Assembly: GCA_013151495.1 (NCBI GenBank)
Contig: JAADIE010000109.1
Coordinates: forward strand, 1 to 50,083
Origin: Nitrospirota bacterium
GTDB lineage: Bacteria > Nitrospirota > Thermodesulfovibrionia > Thermodesulfovibrionales > JdFR-85
Direction: 5' to 3'
DNA length: 50,083 bases
Part shown: positions 29,539 to 39,258 of the stretch, piece by piece
How positions within the stretch are numbered: position 1 is the stretch's first letter
Layout of the letters: the number at the start of each line of letters is the position of its first letter
Notes under the pieces: model-generated
What the model saw: only the letters and a program-made list of their open reading frames with translations
Databases searched by the model: none
Told to the model about the DNA's origin: nothing
Translations under genes and position numbers: made by a program

Positions 29539-31276
29539 CAATATAGATATATTGCTGGGGGAAACGATTAATCCGCTCAGCCTTTTGATTGAGTACCCTC
29601 CAGGCCCTGTTTTTAAATTCAGTATTACCTGTTAACCCTGCAAGTCTGAAAAGGTTCTCTACCATCATTGACACTCCAGATGGCAAAACTGCATCAAAGG
29701 GCTCAACCGGTATATCTATCAGAAACGGCTCTGGCTGGTACAGCCTGAGCCCCTCGGTCTCATCGTAAAAAAGTTCCAAGGCATCTGCGGTAAGCCTTTC
29801 TGCTGTGTCAAGATACTCCTTTTTGCTGGTGCTACCATAGAGATCAAGGAAGGCCCTGCAAAGGGATGCGTAATCATTCAGGGTGCCCTTTACTGCCGCT
29901 TCATCATCGTAAAAGCAATGTCCCAGGGTATCCTGCCTGGCAATGTTTCTTACGAAAAACTCGGCTGCCTTTGTAGCCATTGTTATAAAAGCGTGGTCTC
30001 TGAAGGTATCGTAAGCAACACAGAGGGAACTGATCATAAGCCCGTTCAGGTCTGTAAGCATCTTGGTATCTGTGGCTGGTGGTCTTCTTTTTTTCCTTTC
30101 AGCATAAAGCAGCCTGAGTGCCTCCTTTATGTCTTCCGTTTTGTCAGCGGGCTCAATCATATACAGCACATTCATTCCCGTTTTCTTGCCTGTTGCCTCA
30201 TCAATGTAGTTTCCCTCCTCCTGAATATTGAAGACCCTCATAAAATCATCAACCACATCCTCTGGCAGGATATCCTTAATCTGTGCCTTTGTCCAGAGAT
30301 AGTATCCACCCTCCTGCCCATCCACATCTGCATCTACGGCCGTATAAAAAGTGCCCAGAGGTGAGTAAAGCCATGCCCTCAGAAAATCTAAAATCCCATA
30401 GGCTATTTCCCTGAACAGGCCACTGCCAAACAAACTGAAGGCCCTTGAATAAACCTCAAGCAACAGGGCCTGGTCATAAAGCATCTTTTCAAAATGTGGT
30501 AGCCTCCAGTGTCTGTCCACCGAGTATCTATGAAAACCACCACCTACATGGTCCCATATACCACCTGAGGCCATCCTGGAAAGTGTATTTTTAAGGAATT
30601 CCGAAATCTCTCTATCATCACTTCTTTGTAACCACTCAAGAAGAAAAAGCAGATTAACCGCCATAGGGAACTTGGGGCTTGAACCAAACCCACCGTATTG
30701 TCTATCAAAGTCCTGCCTTAAAAGAGCAATCAGCTGTCCGGGCAGATCCCTGTCCAGAGGCGTACCATGCCTGGATGATGCAGTTTCCTTTAAGGCCTGG
30801 TAAATCCTTTCTGCCTCGGCCGTGATGATTTCCGGTTTTTCCCTCCAGAGCTCAGAAAGCCGGGGCAGCAGCTGAAGCATGCCAGGTATACCATGACGGC
30901 CACTTTTTGGTATGTAGGTAGCAGAAAAAAAGGGTCTACCCTCAGGAGTCAGGAAAATACTAAGTGGCCATCCTCCACGGCCTGTCATTGCCTGACAGAC
31001 CGTCATAAAGACATCATCCACATCTGGCCTTTCCTCTCTGTCAACCTTAATGGATACAAAACTCCTGTTAAGCAGCTCTGCCACCCGGGGGTCTTCGAAG
31101 CACTCCTTTTCCATCACATGACACCAGTGACAGCTACTGTATCCTATAGACAGAAAGATAAGTCGGTTTTCCTTTCTTGCTTTCTCGAAGGCCTGCTCAG
31201 TCCAGGGATACCAATCTACAGGATTACTGGCATGTTGCCTTAGATAAAGGCTCTTTTCATCCTTAAGGAGGTTCAA
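29504..31276 (-). CDS. thioredoxin-domain protein YyaL (DUF255 family)
   Basis: 590 aa. The N-terminus reads SNPVDWYPW..AF..A..E.RLIFLSIGYSSCHWCHVMEKECFED, followed by a large alpha-helical C-terminal domain. Confidence 0.87.
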   Translation of the reverse strand: MNLLKDEKSLYLRQHASNPVDWYPWTEQAFEKARKENRLIFLSIGYSSCHWCHVMEKECFEDPRVAELLNRSFVSIKVDREERPDVDDVFMTVCQAMTGRGGWPLSIFLTPEGRPFFSATYIPKSGRHGIPGMLQLLPRLSELWREKPEIITAEAERIYQALKETASSRHGTPLDRDLPGQLIALLRQDFDRQYGGFGSSPKFPMAVNLLFLLEWLQRSDDREISEFLKNTLSRMASGGIWDHVGGGFHRYSVDRHWRLPHFEKMLYDQALLLEVYSRAFSLFGSGLFREIAYGILDFLRAWLYSPLGTFYTAVDADVDGQEGGYYLWTKAQIKDILPEDVVDDFMRVFNIQEEGNYIDEATGKKTGMNVLYMIEPADKTEDIKEALRLLYAERKKRRPPATDTKMLTDLNGLMISSLCVAYDTFRDHAFITMATKAAEFFVRNIARQDTLGHCFYDDEAAVKGTLNDYASLCRAFLDLYGSTSKKEYLDTAERLTADALELFYDETEGLRLYQPEPFLIDIPVEPFDAVLPSGVSMMVENLFRLAGLTGNTEFKNRAWRVLNQKAERINRFPQQYIYIVKALLCVPPSP

Positions 31277-31894
31277 TCAATAGCCCTCGAAAAAGTCGTA
31301 ATTCCTTGGAATAAGGCCCTCAGGGCTTTTCTCATCGAGGATCATCTGGGCGATGGTCTTTTTGTACTTCTGGTAATAACAGAGTCTCTTCCTGAGATCA
31401 CCCTCTAAGGCTGCAAGCTCTTTGTAGAATTCAGTACGATCAAGCATCCGTTCACTACCAGGGTAGAGCTCTTCAAATCTCCAACAGCCCCTGAACTCCT
31501 CAGCACCTCTGGCAGGACTCACCAGCTTGCCAGGCAGACCATAAAAACGGCAGGCAATGGGTCGGTACTCATAAAGCACACATCTTCCATCAAAGTTAAG
31601 GGGGCAGAATTTTTTTAGATTTAAAACCGGTCTCGATGTTGAGGCATAGGCCCTGTTGTAATCCTCGGCCCTTTGATAGATCTCCTCTTTTACTTCTCTT
31701 TCAAGCTTCCTGAAACCCTCTATCAGATAGAGGCTTTCAACTACAGTAAAGTGTAAAAACACATTCTGGCAACAGTTATCCTTGCAGCCCTCACAGGTAA
31801 AGCCAAGCTCTTCGGCAATCTCAGAGTATGCGTGGTCCACCTTTTTGTATAGCCTGCCGAGTCTTTCAAGATAATCTGATATGTCAATATACAT
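31277..31894 (-). CDS. YkgJ-family (CxxCxxCC) cysteine-cluster protein, paralog 1
   Basis: 205 aa. It has CEGCKDNCC near the N-terminus and CPLNFDGRCVLYEYRPIACRFYGLP. Its stop codon abuts the yyaL start. Confidence 0.7.
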   Translation of the reverse strand: MYIDISDYLERLGRLYKKVDHAYSEIAEELGFTCEGCKDNCCQNVFLHFTVVESLYLIEGFRKLEREVKEEIYQRAEDYNRAYASTSRPVLNLKKFCPLNFDGRCVLYEYRPIACRFYGLPGKLVSPARGAEEFRGCWRFEELYPGSERMLDRTEFYKELAALEGDLRKRLCYYQKYKKTIAQMILDEKSPEGLIPRNYDFFEGY

Positions 31895-31910
31895 GATATA
31901 CTCTTACTGC

Positions 31911-32507
31911 TTAAAGCAGTATCCTGTCGTTAATCATCTCGGCTATGGTCTTCTGAAAACGGATCACATAGTTCATGTCGCGGCGAAGCTGGCTTTCAAG
32001 GGTGGCTATTTTTGTATAAAACATGGTGCGATCAATCAGCCTTTCTCTGCTTTGGTTCTTTAGTTTCTCAAACCTCTTGCATCCACTAAACTGTTGTATA
32101 CCCTTTGTAGGATGCTTGAAATACCCTGGCAGACCATGAATTCTGCAAATCAGAGGACGATGCTTGTAAATCTTGCATAAGCCATCGAAATTCAGCGGAC
32201 AGAAAATCTTTAACTGTTCCTCTTTTCCCCTGTATTTATTGAGCTCTTTAATATAATCCCTTGCCTTATCGAGGGCCTCCTGTTTGATATCCTCCGGAAG
32301 TTCATCAAAACCATCAAGCACAGCAAAGTACTCTATCAGTGTGTGATGGTAAAAGACCGTACTGCAGCAGTTTTCCTCACAGCCCTCACAGCTGAACTGA
32401 TAAAACTCTGCTGCACTCTGGTACTCCCTATCTATGTCCTCATATATCTGATACAGGGTCTCAAGGTGTCTTGATACATCCAGATCCTGCAAGGCCTCCA
32501 TAGTCAT
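31911..32507 (-). CDS. YkgJ-family (CxxCxxCC) cysteine-cluster protein, paralog 2
   Basis: 198 aa. It has CEGCEENCC and CPLNFDGLCKIYKHRPLICRIHGLP, and is clearly paralogous to 31277-31894 along its whole length. Confidence 0.7.
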   Translation of the reverse strand: MTMEALQDLDVSRHLETLYQIYEDIDREYQSAAEFYQFSCEGCEENCCSTVFYHHTLIEYFAVLDGFDELPEDIKQEALDKARDYIKELNKYRGKEEQLKIFCPLNFDGLCKIYKHRPLICRIHGLPGYFKHPTKGIQQFSGCKRFEKLKNQSRERLIDRTMFYTKIATLESQLRRDMNYVIRFQKTIAEMINDRILL

Positions 32508-32516
32508 TTCCTCCTT

Positions 32517-32996
32517 TCAGTATTTTAACTGCCTCAGTGTAACCACTGCCATAGCTACAACACCCTCTCCCCTGCCAACAAAGCCCATTTTCTCGTTTGT
32601 CTTCCCCTTAATACTTACTATTTCTTTGCTTATTCCGGCGCTTTCATAGTTTAGCTTCATCTCTTCTATATAACCGCCAATCTTTGGTCGCTCTAATATA
32701 ACAATTGAGTCAACCCATTGAACCTCGAAACCCTGTTCCTTTATCTTCTGTAGTACATATTTTAACATTGCCAGGCTTGAATAGTCTTTCCATCTGGGGT
32801 CAGTGTCTGGAAAGAGCTTGCCAATATCCCCAAATCCTGAGGCACCCAAGATTGCATCAATTATGGCATGAGTAAGCACATCTGCATCAGAATGTCCCTG
32901 TAAACCATACTCATAGGGAATCTTCACACCACCAAGAACAAAGGGGCGTCCTTTGACGAATCGATGAGAATCGTATCCAATACCAACCTGTATCAT
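32517..32996 (-). CDS. ispF: 2-C-methyl-D-erythritol 2,4-cyclodiphosphate synthase
   Basis: 159 aa. Motifs are GIGYDSHRF and GHSDADVLTHAIIDA. Confidence 0.95.
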   Translation of the reverse strand: MIQVGIGYDSHRFVKGRPFVLGGVKIPYEYGLQGHSDADVLTHAIIDAILGASGFGDIGKLFPDTDPRWKDYSSLAMLKYVLQKIKEQGFEVQWVDSIVILERPKIGGYIEEMKLNYESAGISKEIVSIKGKTNEKMGFVGRGEGVVAMAVVTLRQLKY

Positions 32997-33688
32997 TATC
33001 CTGCTTCCTTCATACGAGAGAGAAACATCTCTGCCATCATGAGGTCATCGGGAGTTGTGATCTTGATATTCCGGTAATCCCCTTCTACCACCGTCACCTC
33101 AGCACCAGCGGCTTCCACTACCTGGGCATCATCTGTAAAGTGGGTCCTTGACTTCATTGCCTCCACATAGGCACTCATTAAGAGCCTGTATCTGAAGGCC
33201 TGGGGAGTCTGGATGTTAAAAAGAAGCTGCCTCTTAAGGGTCCTTAACACCCTGCCGTCCTTTACCTCTTTTACAGTATCCTTTACTGGCAGACCGGGCA
33301 CAACTGCATCAGAGTCCCTCATCGCATCTATTATTCGTAATATCAGGGCCTTACTAACCAGAGGCCTGACTCCATCATGCACCAAAACAATAGAGTTTTC
33401 ATCATCTATCAACTTAAGGCCATTGAATACAGACTCGAATCTCTCCTTTCCGCCAGGAGCAACCTTTTTAACTTTTTTTATCTTATACCTTTCAATCAGT
33501 TTAACGGCATCCTCAAGCATCTCTCTTCTGAGTACTGGTATTATTTCTGAAACACTGTCTACTTCCTCAAGACATTTAAGAGTTCTGATTAGCACAGGTA
33601 TGCCCGAAAGCTCTACATAGGCCTTATCGGATCCAAAGCGACGACCCTGTCCTGCTGCTGGCACCACTGCAACAATCTTGACAGCCAT
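32996..33688 (-). CDS. ispD: 2-C-methyl-D-erythritol 4-phosphate cytidylyltransferase
   Basis: 230 aa. Motifs are VVPAAGQGRRFG and VLVHDGVRP. It overlaps ispF by 1 nt. Confidence 0.93.
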   Translation of the reverse strand: MAVKIVAVVPAAGQGRRFGSDKAYVELSGIPVLIRTLKCLEEVDSVSEIIPVLRREMLEDAVKLIERYKIKKVKKVAPGGKERFESVFNGLKLIDDENSIVLVHDGVRPLVSKALILRIIDAMRDSDAVVPGLPVKDTVKEVKDGRVLRTLKRQLLFNIQTPQAFRYRLLMSAYVEAMKSRTHFTDDAQVVEAAGAEVTVVEGDYRNIKITTPDDLMMAEMFLSRMKEAG

Positions 33689-33690
33689 TA

Positions 33691-34698
33691 TTATCTACCC
33701 ACCTTTACCTCTGAGCGGTCATGTTCATTTTTTGGTCTCGAGAAGATCATCCTGCCAGCTGTGGTCTGTAGCACGCTCGTAACAGAAACATCTATGTTTT
33801 TGCCAATGAATCTCCTTCCGTTTTCCACAACCACCATGGTGCCATCATCAAGATAGGCAACGCCCTGATTGTGCTCCTTACCCTCTTTCAGAACAAAGAC
33901 CTTCATGGTCTCTCCAGGCAATACCACTGGTTTAAGGGCATTGGCCAGCTCATTGATATTAAGTACGGTAACACCCTGCAGGGCCGCAACCTTGTTCAGA
34001 TTGAAGTCATTGGTTAAGACCTTTGCATCAAGCATCTTTGCAAGGGCAACGAGCTTGGCATCGACCTCTTTGATCTGGGGAAAGTCCTCCTCCACAATCT
34101 TTACATCAATGTTAGACATCTTCTGCATCCTGTGCAGTATATCAAGCCCACGACGACCACGGGCCCTCCTCAGGGAGTCGGCCGAATCGGCTATATGCTG
34201 CAGTTCCTGCAATATAAATTGGGGGACAATAAGGGTTCCTTCAATAAAACCGGTCTCACATATGTCGGCAATCCTTCCATCAATAATAACACTTGTATCC
34301 AGGATCTTCTGATTGCTTTCCATGGCCTGGCCCTTCATCAGCCTCAACAGCCCGGTGGCAGTTAGATTTTTTCCCCTTGCAAAACCAATAAGCATACCAC
34401 CATAACCAAACAATGCATTCAGTATAAATGTAACCATGCTTACATAATCTGGCATCAGGGGCTTAATCGGCATAATCAGCAATCTGGCAAATATGATCCC
34501 GAATAAAAGACCTAAAAAGGCACCAATGAATCTGCCAAGGTTGACCCTCTGAAAAAAACGATCTAAAAATAAGGTAATTATTCCGAGGGCCAAACCTGAA
34601 AGGGCACCAGCCATAGAGTATCCGAATTTGCTACCAAGCAAATAGCCCCCTGCCAGAAAGGAAACAATTATCAGAGCCCTTAAAAGAAGCAAAAACAC
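33691..34698 (-). CDS. PIN/TRAM domain membrane protein (YacL-like)
   Basis: 335 aa. It has about four N-terminal TM helices, a PIN domain ([12 protein letters not shown]), and a C-terminal TRAM-like domain. The conserved yacL-ispD-ispF gene order is present. Confidence 0.83.
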   Translation of the reverse strand: MFLLLLRALIIVSFLAGGYLLGSKFGYSMAGALSGLALGIITLFLDRFFQRVNLGRFIGAFLGLLFGIIFARLLIMPIKPLMPDYVSMVTFILNALFGYGGMLIGFARGKNLTATGLLRLMKGQAMESNQKILDTSVIIDGRIADICETGFIEGTLIVPQFILQELQHIADSADSLRRARGRRGLDILHRMQKMSNIDVKIVEEDFPQIKEVDAKLVALAKMLDAKVLTNDFNLNKVAALQGVTVLNINELANALKPVVLPGETMKVFVLKEGKEHNQGVAYLDDGTMVVVENGRRFIGKNIDVSVTSVLQTTAGRMIFSRPKNEHDRSEVKVGR

Positions 34699-34767
34699 CT
34701 CTATTCACCTCCTTTCCTTACAATTTTTATTTTTATTTATATTTTATTTTCATTGGTGTCCGGTAAA

Positions 34768-34944
34768 AAAACAGGGGATATTAATTTTGAGCGGTTTTAA
34801 TTTTGCGAAAGATTTGCCATGGAGGGCAAATCGCAAAATTTCCTCGGAGGCAGACACGGGGTCCCCGAAAAGTCGATAGACTTTTCGGGGTAGAGACTTG
34901 GATGTCTGCCGAGAATGAGACGAAAAATTAATATCCCCTGTTTT
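34768..34944 (+). repeat. structured intergenic element, copy 3 (diverged copy with compensatory stems)
   Basis: A perfect 21-bp closing stem pairs AAAACAGGGGATATTAATTTT with AAAATTAATATCCCCTGTTTT. It has the same junction strings as copies 1 and 2: TTTTGAGCGGTTTT, TCCTCGGAG, and CGAGAATGAGACGAAAAA. P2 has an 8-bp stem, a 5' bulge GAAA, an 8-bp stem, and loop ATGGAG. P3 closes with GCAGACA/TGTCTGC. Confidence 0.78.
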
Positions 34945-34998
34945 ACAATAAGTTATCATCGTTTATCAGACATTAGTGATTTATTTTTTAGATTTATT

Positions 34999-36450
34999 TC
35001 AGGGTGTAATTGCCAGGTAAAACCGCTTGCCCCTCCTGTTTACAAGCAAGACCACTGTATCTTCCTCTTTTATGTTGTTTAGCGCCTCCTTCCAGCTATC
35101 ATAATCCTTTATGTCCTTGCTGTCAATCTCCTGGATTATATCACCCTTTTTTAGTCCTGCATCATGGGCCGGGCTGTCGGTCTGAACATCCACGACCACA
35201 ACTCCCTTTTCCTTCAATGACACTCCTAATTGTCTGGCTATTGCAGGGGTAATGTCGGTTACAGTAACACCGTAAAGGGCATTGGCCACTTCGGCCTGAA
35301 CTGTATAGTCCTCAGCAAACTCGTTGAATTCCTTGGGCAATTCAGCCACAACCACTGTCAGTCTCTTTGGTCTTCTGTTTCTGATTACCTCTATGGTCTT
35401 CCTGGATCCTATCGGACTCTGGGCAACCAGGTTTCTGAGCATTGAGACATTTTCCACAGTCTTATTATCAAATCTGACTATTACATCCCCTCTTTTAATA
35501 CCAGCCCTGTCAGCAGGGCTTCCCCTCAGCACATCACTAACCAGAGCGCCTGTGGTCTTGTTTATACCGAACTCCCTTGCAAGCTCAGGTGTCAGGTCCT
35601 GAATGGTTACTCCAAGCCATCCCCTCACCACCTTGCCCTTTTTCATGAGCTGCTCAATCACGGCCCTCACCATATTGCTTGGCACTGCAAAACCGATTCC
35701 CTGATAGCCCCCACTGCGGGAAAAAATGGCTGTATTGATACCTACAAGCTCTCCTTTTGTATTAACCAGAGGCCCACCTGAGTTGCCCGGATTTATAGCG
35801 GCATCGGTCTGGATAAAGTCCTCATAATCAGCAATTCCCACATTTGCCCGCCCAACTGCACTTACAATCCCCATTGTTACAGTGTGGCTAAGGCCAAAGG
35901 GATTACCAATGGCAAGCACGAATTCGCCAACGCTCAGGGTGTCTGAATTGCCCCAGGGAATGGTGGGTAGCCCGCTTTCTTTTATCTTTATCAAAGCAAT
36001 GTCTGTCTTTGGATCAGCACCCACAACCCTGGCTTTAAAACTCCTTCTGTCATAAAGCGTTACCCTTATCTCGTCGGCCTGTTCAATAACATGATGATTT
36101 GTAATAATATAACCATCCTGAGAGATGATAACCCCTGAGCCAAGGCTTTGCTCCTTGTACTGTCTTGGCCCCCTGTGAAAAGGGTTAAAAAAGTCGAAAA
36201 AACCATCATTTAGTGTACCGGTGCCCTGGTATCTCTTGGTTGTAGAAATGTTAACCACAGCAGGAGATACAGACCTGACTACATCGGCAAAGTCCCTGTT
36301 TATGGATCTAACATTTTCTGAAACCTCAGGCTGTCTGTAGGGCAGATAAGTTGGTTTATTAATACGCTCGTATAATGTATAATAGGTTAAGCCCCCTAAG
36401 AGGAAACCTATAAGTAAAATTAATAGACCTAAAAGTATATTCTTTTTCAT
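34999..36450 (-). CDS. htrA: periplasmic serine endoprotease DegP/HtrA family (two PDZ domains)
   Basis: 483 aa. It has an N-terminal anchor and catalytic-triad contexts ITNHHV, DIALIK, and GNSGGPLV, followed by two PDZ-like repeats. Confidence 0.93.
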   Translation of the reverse strand: MKKNILLGLLILLIGFLLGGLTYYTLYERINKPTYLPYRQPEVSENVRSINRDFADVVRSVSPAVVNISTTKRYQGTGTLNDGFFDFFNPFHRGPRQYKEQSLGSGVIISQDGYIITNHHVIEQADEIRVTLYDRRSFKARVVGADPKTDIALIKIKESGLPTIPWGNSDTLSVGEFVLAIGNPFGLSHTVTMGIVSAVGRANVGIADYEDFIQTDAAINPGNSGGPLVNTKGELVGINTAIFSRSGGYQGIGFAVPSNMVRAVIEQLMKKGKVVRGWLGVTIQDLTPELAREFGINKTTGALVSDVLRGSPADRAGIKRGDVIVRFDNKTVENVSMLRNLVAQSPIGSRKTIEVIRNRRPKRLTVVVAELPKEFNEFAEDYTVQAEVANALYGVTVTDITPAIARQLGVSLKEKGVVVVDVQTDSPAHDAGLKKGDIIQEIDSKDIKDYDSWKEALNNIKEEDTVVLLVNRRGKRFYLAITP

Positions 36451-36562
36451 TAATTTTATTATAATAGTCAGGTTGTGATATTTGCAAAAGAGTATAAGTC
36501 ATTTATACAAATAATTTACTGTAATCTTTATATACTTTATATAAATCTTCAGGAGGAACCAG

Positions 36563-37645
36563 ATGCCCAGGGTTTATAATTTTAGTGCAGGGCCGGCAAT
36601 GTTACCGGCTGAGGTAATTGAAAAGGCTGCCTCTGAGATGGCCGACTATCAGGGCACAGGAATGTCTGTAATGGAGATGAGCCATCGCAGTAAGGAATTT
36701 GTCTCGATTGCAGAAAAGGCAGAGGCTGATCTCAGGGAACTCTTAAGGGTACCAGAAAATTATAAGATACTGTTTCTCCAGGGTGGTGCATCCAGTCAGT
36801 TTGCCATGGTTCCAATGAATTTACTGAGAGGTAAAACTACAGCTGATTACATAAACACCGGTTACTGGTCAAAAAAGGCAATTGCAGAGGCCAGGAGGTT
36901 CTGCGAGGTAAACATTGCTGCAACCAGTGAAGACACGAATTTTACAACAATTCCACCTCGTGATTCCTGGAAACTAAACCCCAATGCAGCCTATGTCCAT
37001 TACACACCAAATGAGACCATCGGAGGGGTTGAGTTTCATGAGGTGCCAGATGTGGGTGATGTGCCTTTGGTGGCTGACATGTCATCAACTATACTTTCGC
37101 GCCCGATAGATGTCTCAAGGTTTGGTCTTATCTATGCTGGTGCCCAGAAAAACATTGGACCTGCCGGGTTAACAATAGTAATTGTAAGAGAAGACCTTAT
37201 TGGCGAGACCATTAAAAACACACCCACCATGTTCGATTATGCAACCCATGCAAAGGCAAACTCCATGTACAACACCCCTCCAACTTATAGCTGGTATATT
37301 GCAGGACTGGTCTTTGAATGGATAAAGGAAAAAGGCGGGCTTGAGAAGATGGCCGAGATAAATCGTCGTAAGGCAGAAAAGCTTTATAACTTTATTGACA
37401 GTTCAGACTTCTACAACAACCCGGTTGACCCTAAATGCCGCTCCTGGATGAATATACCCTTTACACTTGCCAATCCTGAGCTTGATAGCAAGTTTCTCGA
37501 GTTAGCCAAGGAGGCCGGACTTGTCAATCTGAAAGGGCACCGTTCAGTTGGTGGTATGAGGGCAAGCATTTACAATGCCATGCCAGAAGAGGGTGTGGAT
37601 GCCCTGATTAACTTCATGCAGGAGTTTGAGAAAAACCACACCTAA
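36563..37645 (+). CDS. serC: phosphoserine aminotransferase
   Basis: 360 aa. It has YNFSAGPAMLP at the N-terminus and GAQKNIGPAGLT (PLP lysine region). Confidence 0.95.
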   Translation: MPRVYNFSAGPAMLPAEVIEKAASEMADYQGTGMSVMEMSHRSKEFVSIAEKAEADLRELLRVPENYKILFLQGGASSQFAMVPMNLLRGKTTADYINTGYWSKKAIAEARRFCEVNIAATSEDTNFTTIPPRDSWKLNPNAAYVHYTPNETIGGVEFHEVPDVGDVPLVADMSSTILSRPIDVSRFGLIYAGAQKNIGPAGLTIVIVREDLIGETIKNTPTMFDYATHAKANSMYNTPPTYSWYIAGLVFEWIKEKGGLEKMAEINRRKAEKLYNFIDSSDFYNNPVDPKCRSWMNIPFTLANPELDSKFLELAKEAGLVNLKGHRSVGGMRASIYNAMPEEGVDALINFMQEFEKNHT

Positions 37646-37679
37646 ATAGAAAAACAATCACAGAGGAGGTCATCTAATA

Positions 37680-39257
37680 ATGAAGGTTCTGGTTAGCGAT
37701 AACATCTCTCCAAAGGGCATCGAGATAATGAAAAAGGCAGGCCTTCAGGTGGATGTCAAGACCGGCCTGAAGCCGGAGGAGCTAAAGGAGATAATTCCTG
37801 AGTATCATGGCCTTGTCATAAGAAGCGCCACTAAGGTTACTGCTGATGTTATAGAGGCTGCAACCAATCTCAAGGTAATCGGCAGGGCTGGCTCTGGTCT
37901 CGACAATGTAGATAAAGAGGCAGCCACCAAAAAGGGTATAGTTGTAATGAACACCCCTGGTGGGAATACCATTACCACTGCCGAGCATGCCATAGCCCTT
38001 ATGTTTGCCCTTGCGAGGAATATTCCACAGGCCACGGCTTCAATGAAGCAGGGCAAGTGGGAGAAAAAGAAGTTTATGGGTGTTGAGCTTTTCAATAAGA
38101 CCCTTGGTGTACTTGGACTTGGTAACATCGGCTCACAGGTTGCAAAAAGGGCCCAGGGACTTCAGATGAATGTTATTGGCTACGATCCCTTCCTCAGTGA
38201 TGAAAGGGCAAAGGAGCTTGGTGTTAAAAAGGTTGACCTGGACGAACTCTTTGAAAAGTCTGACTTTATAACCATCCATACACCCCTGACACCAGAGACC
38301 AAAAACCTGATTAACAAGGACACCATCAAGAAGATGAAGGATGGTGTCAGGATAATAAACTGTGCCCGTGGCGGTATCGTTAATGAAAAGGACCTGTATG
38401 ATGCAATAGTCTCTGGCAAGGTAGCCGGCGCTGCACTGGATGTTTTTGAGAAGGAGCCACCAGAAGACCTGACCCTGATAAAGCTGGATCAGGTAATCTG
38501 CACCCCCCATCTGGGTGCATCAACCAGAGAGGCCCAGGAGAATGTGGCCATAGCTGTGGCTGAACAGATAGTGGATTATCTGCTTCAGGGAACCATCAGA
38601 AATGCTGTTAACTTCCCCTCTATTCCAGCTGAGCAGGTTCCTCACCTGATGCCTTATATCAAGCTTGCCGAGGTTATGGGCAGTTTTACTGCCCAGCTCT
38701 ACGAGGGTGGTATTACCGAGGTTACCCTTGAGTTTCGTGGGGAGGCAGCCAATATCGATACCAAGCCAGTAACGATCGCAGCATTGAAAGGTCTGCTGGA
38801 GCCAATTCTTACTGAGACAGTTAATTTTGTTAATGCTCCATTTATTGCTAAAGAGCGCGGTATAGAGGTTAAGGAGACAAAAAGCCCTGATTCTGGCGAC
38901 TATCATAACATGCTCGTAATGAAATTGAGGGCAAATGGCAAGGAAAACAAGATATATGGCACACTTATAGGTAAGAAAGAGCCAAGGATTATTAAGGTTG
39001 AAGACTACCCGGTTGAGATAATCCCTGAAGGCACAATGCTTTTTATATACAACAACGATCGTCCTGGAGTAATAGGAAACATAGGCACCACACTGGGTAA
39101 AAACAATATAAATATTGCCAGAATGCATTTTGGAAGAGAATCAGCAGGTGGTATGGCCATATCAGTGGTAAGTGTCGACTCAGATGTAAGTGAAGAGGTG
39201 CTGCAGGAGATAAGGCAGCTTCCTAATATCCTATCGGTTAAGATCATAAAGCTCTAA
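37680..39257 (+). CDS. serA: D-3-phosphoglycerate dehydrogenase (long form with ASB/ACT domains)
   Basis: 525 aa. Features are NAD-binding GVLGLGNIGSQVA, NCARGG, and HLGAST, plus a C-terminal ACT-like domain. Confidence 0.95.
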   Translation: MKVLVSDNISPKGIEIMKKAGLQVDVKTGLKPEELKEIIPEYHGLVIRSATKVTADVIEAATNLKVIGRAGSGLDNVDKEAATKKGIVVMNTPGGNTITTAEHAIALMFALARNIPQATASMKQGKWEKKKFMGVELFNKTLGVLGLGNIGSQVAKRAQGLQMNVIGYDPFLSDERAKELGVKKVDLDELFEKSDFITIHTPLTPETKNLINKDTIKKMKDGVRIINCARGGIVNEKDLYDAIVSGKVAGAALDVFEKEPPEDLTLIKLDQVICTPHLGASTREAQENVAIAVAEQIVDYLLQGTIRNAVNFPSIPAEQVPHLMPYIKLAEVMGSFTAQLYEGGITEVTLEFRGEAANIDTKPVTIAALKGLLEPILTETVNFVNAPFIAKERGIEVKETKSPDSGDYHNMLVMKLRANGKENKIYGTLIGKKEPRIIKVEDYPVEIIPEGTMLFIYNNDRPGVIGNIGTTLGKNNINIARMHFGRESAGGMAISVVSVDSDVSEEVLQEIRQLPNILSVKIIKL

Positions 39258-39258
39258 A

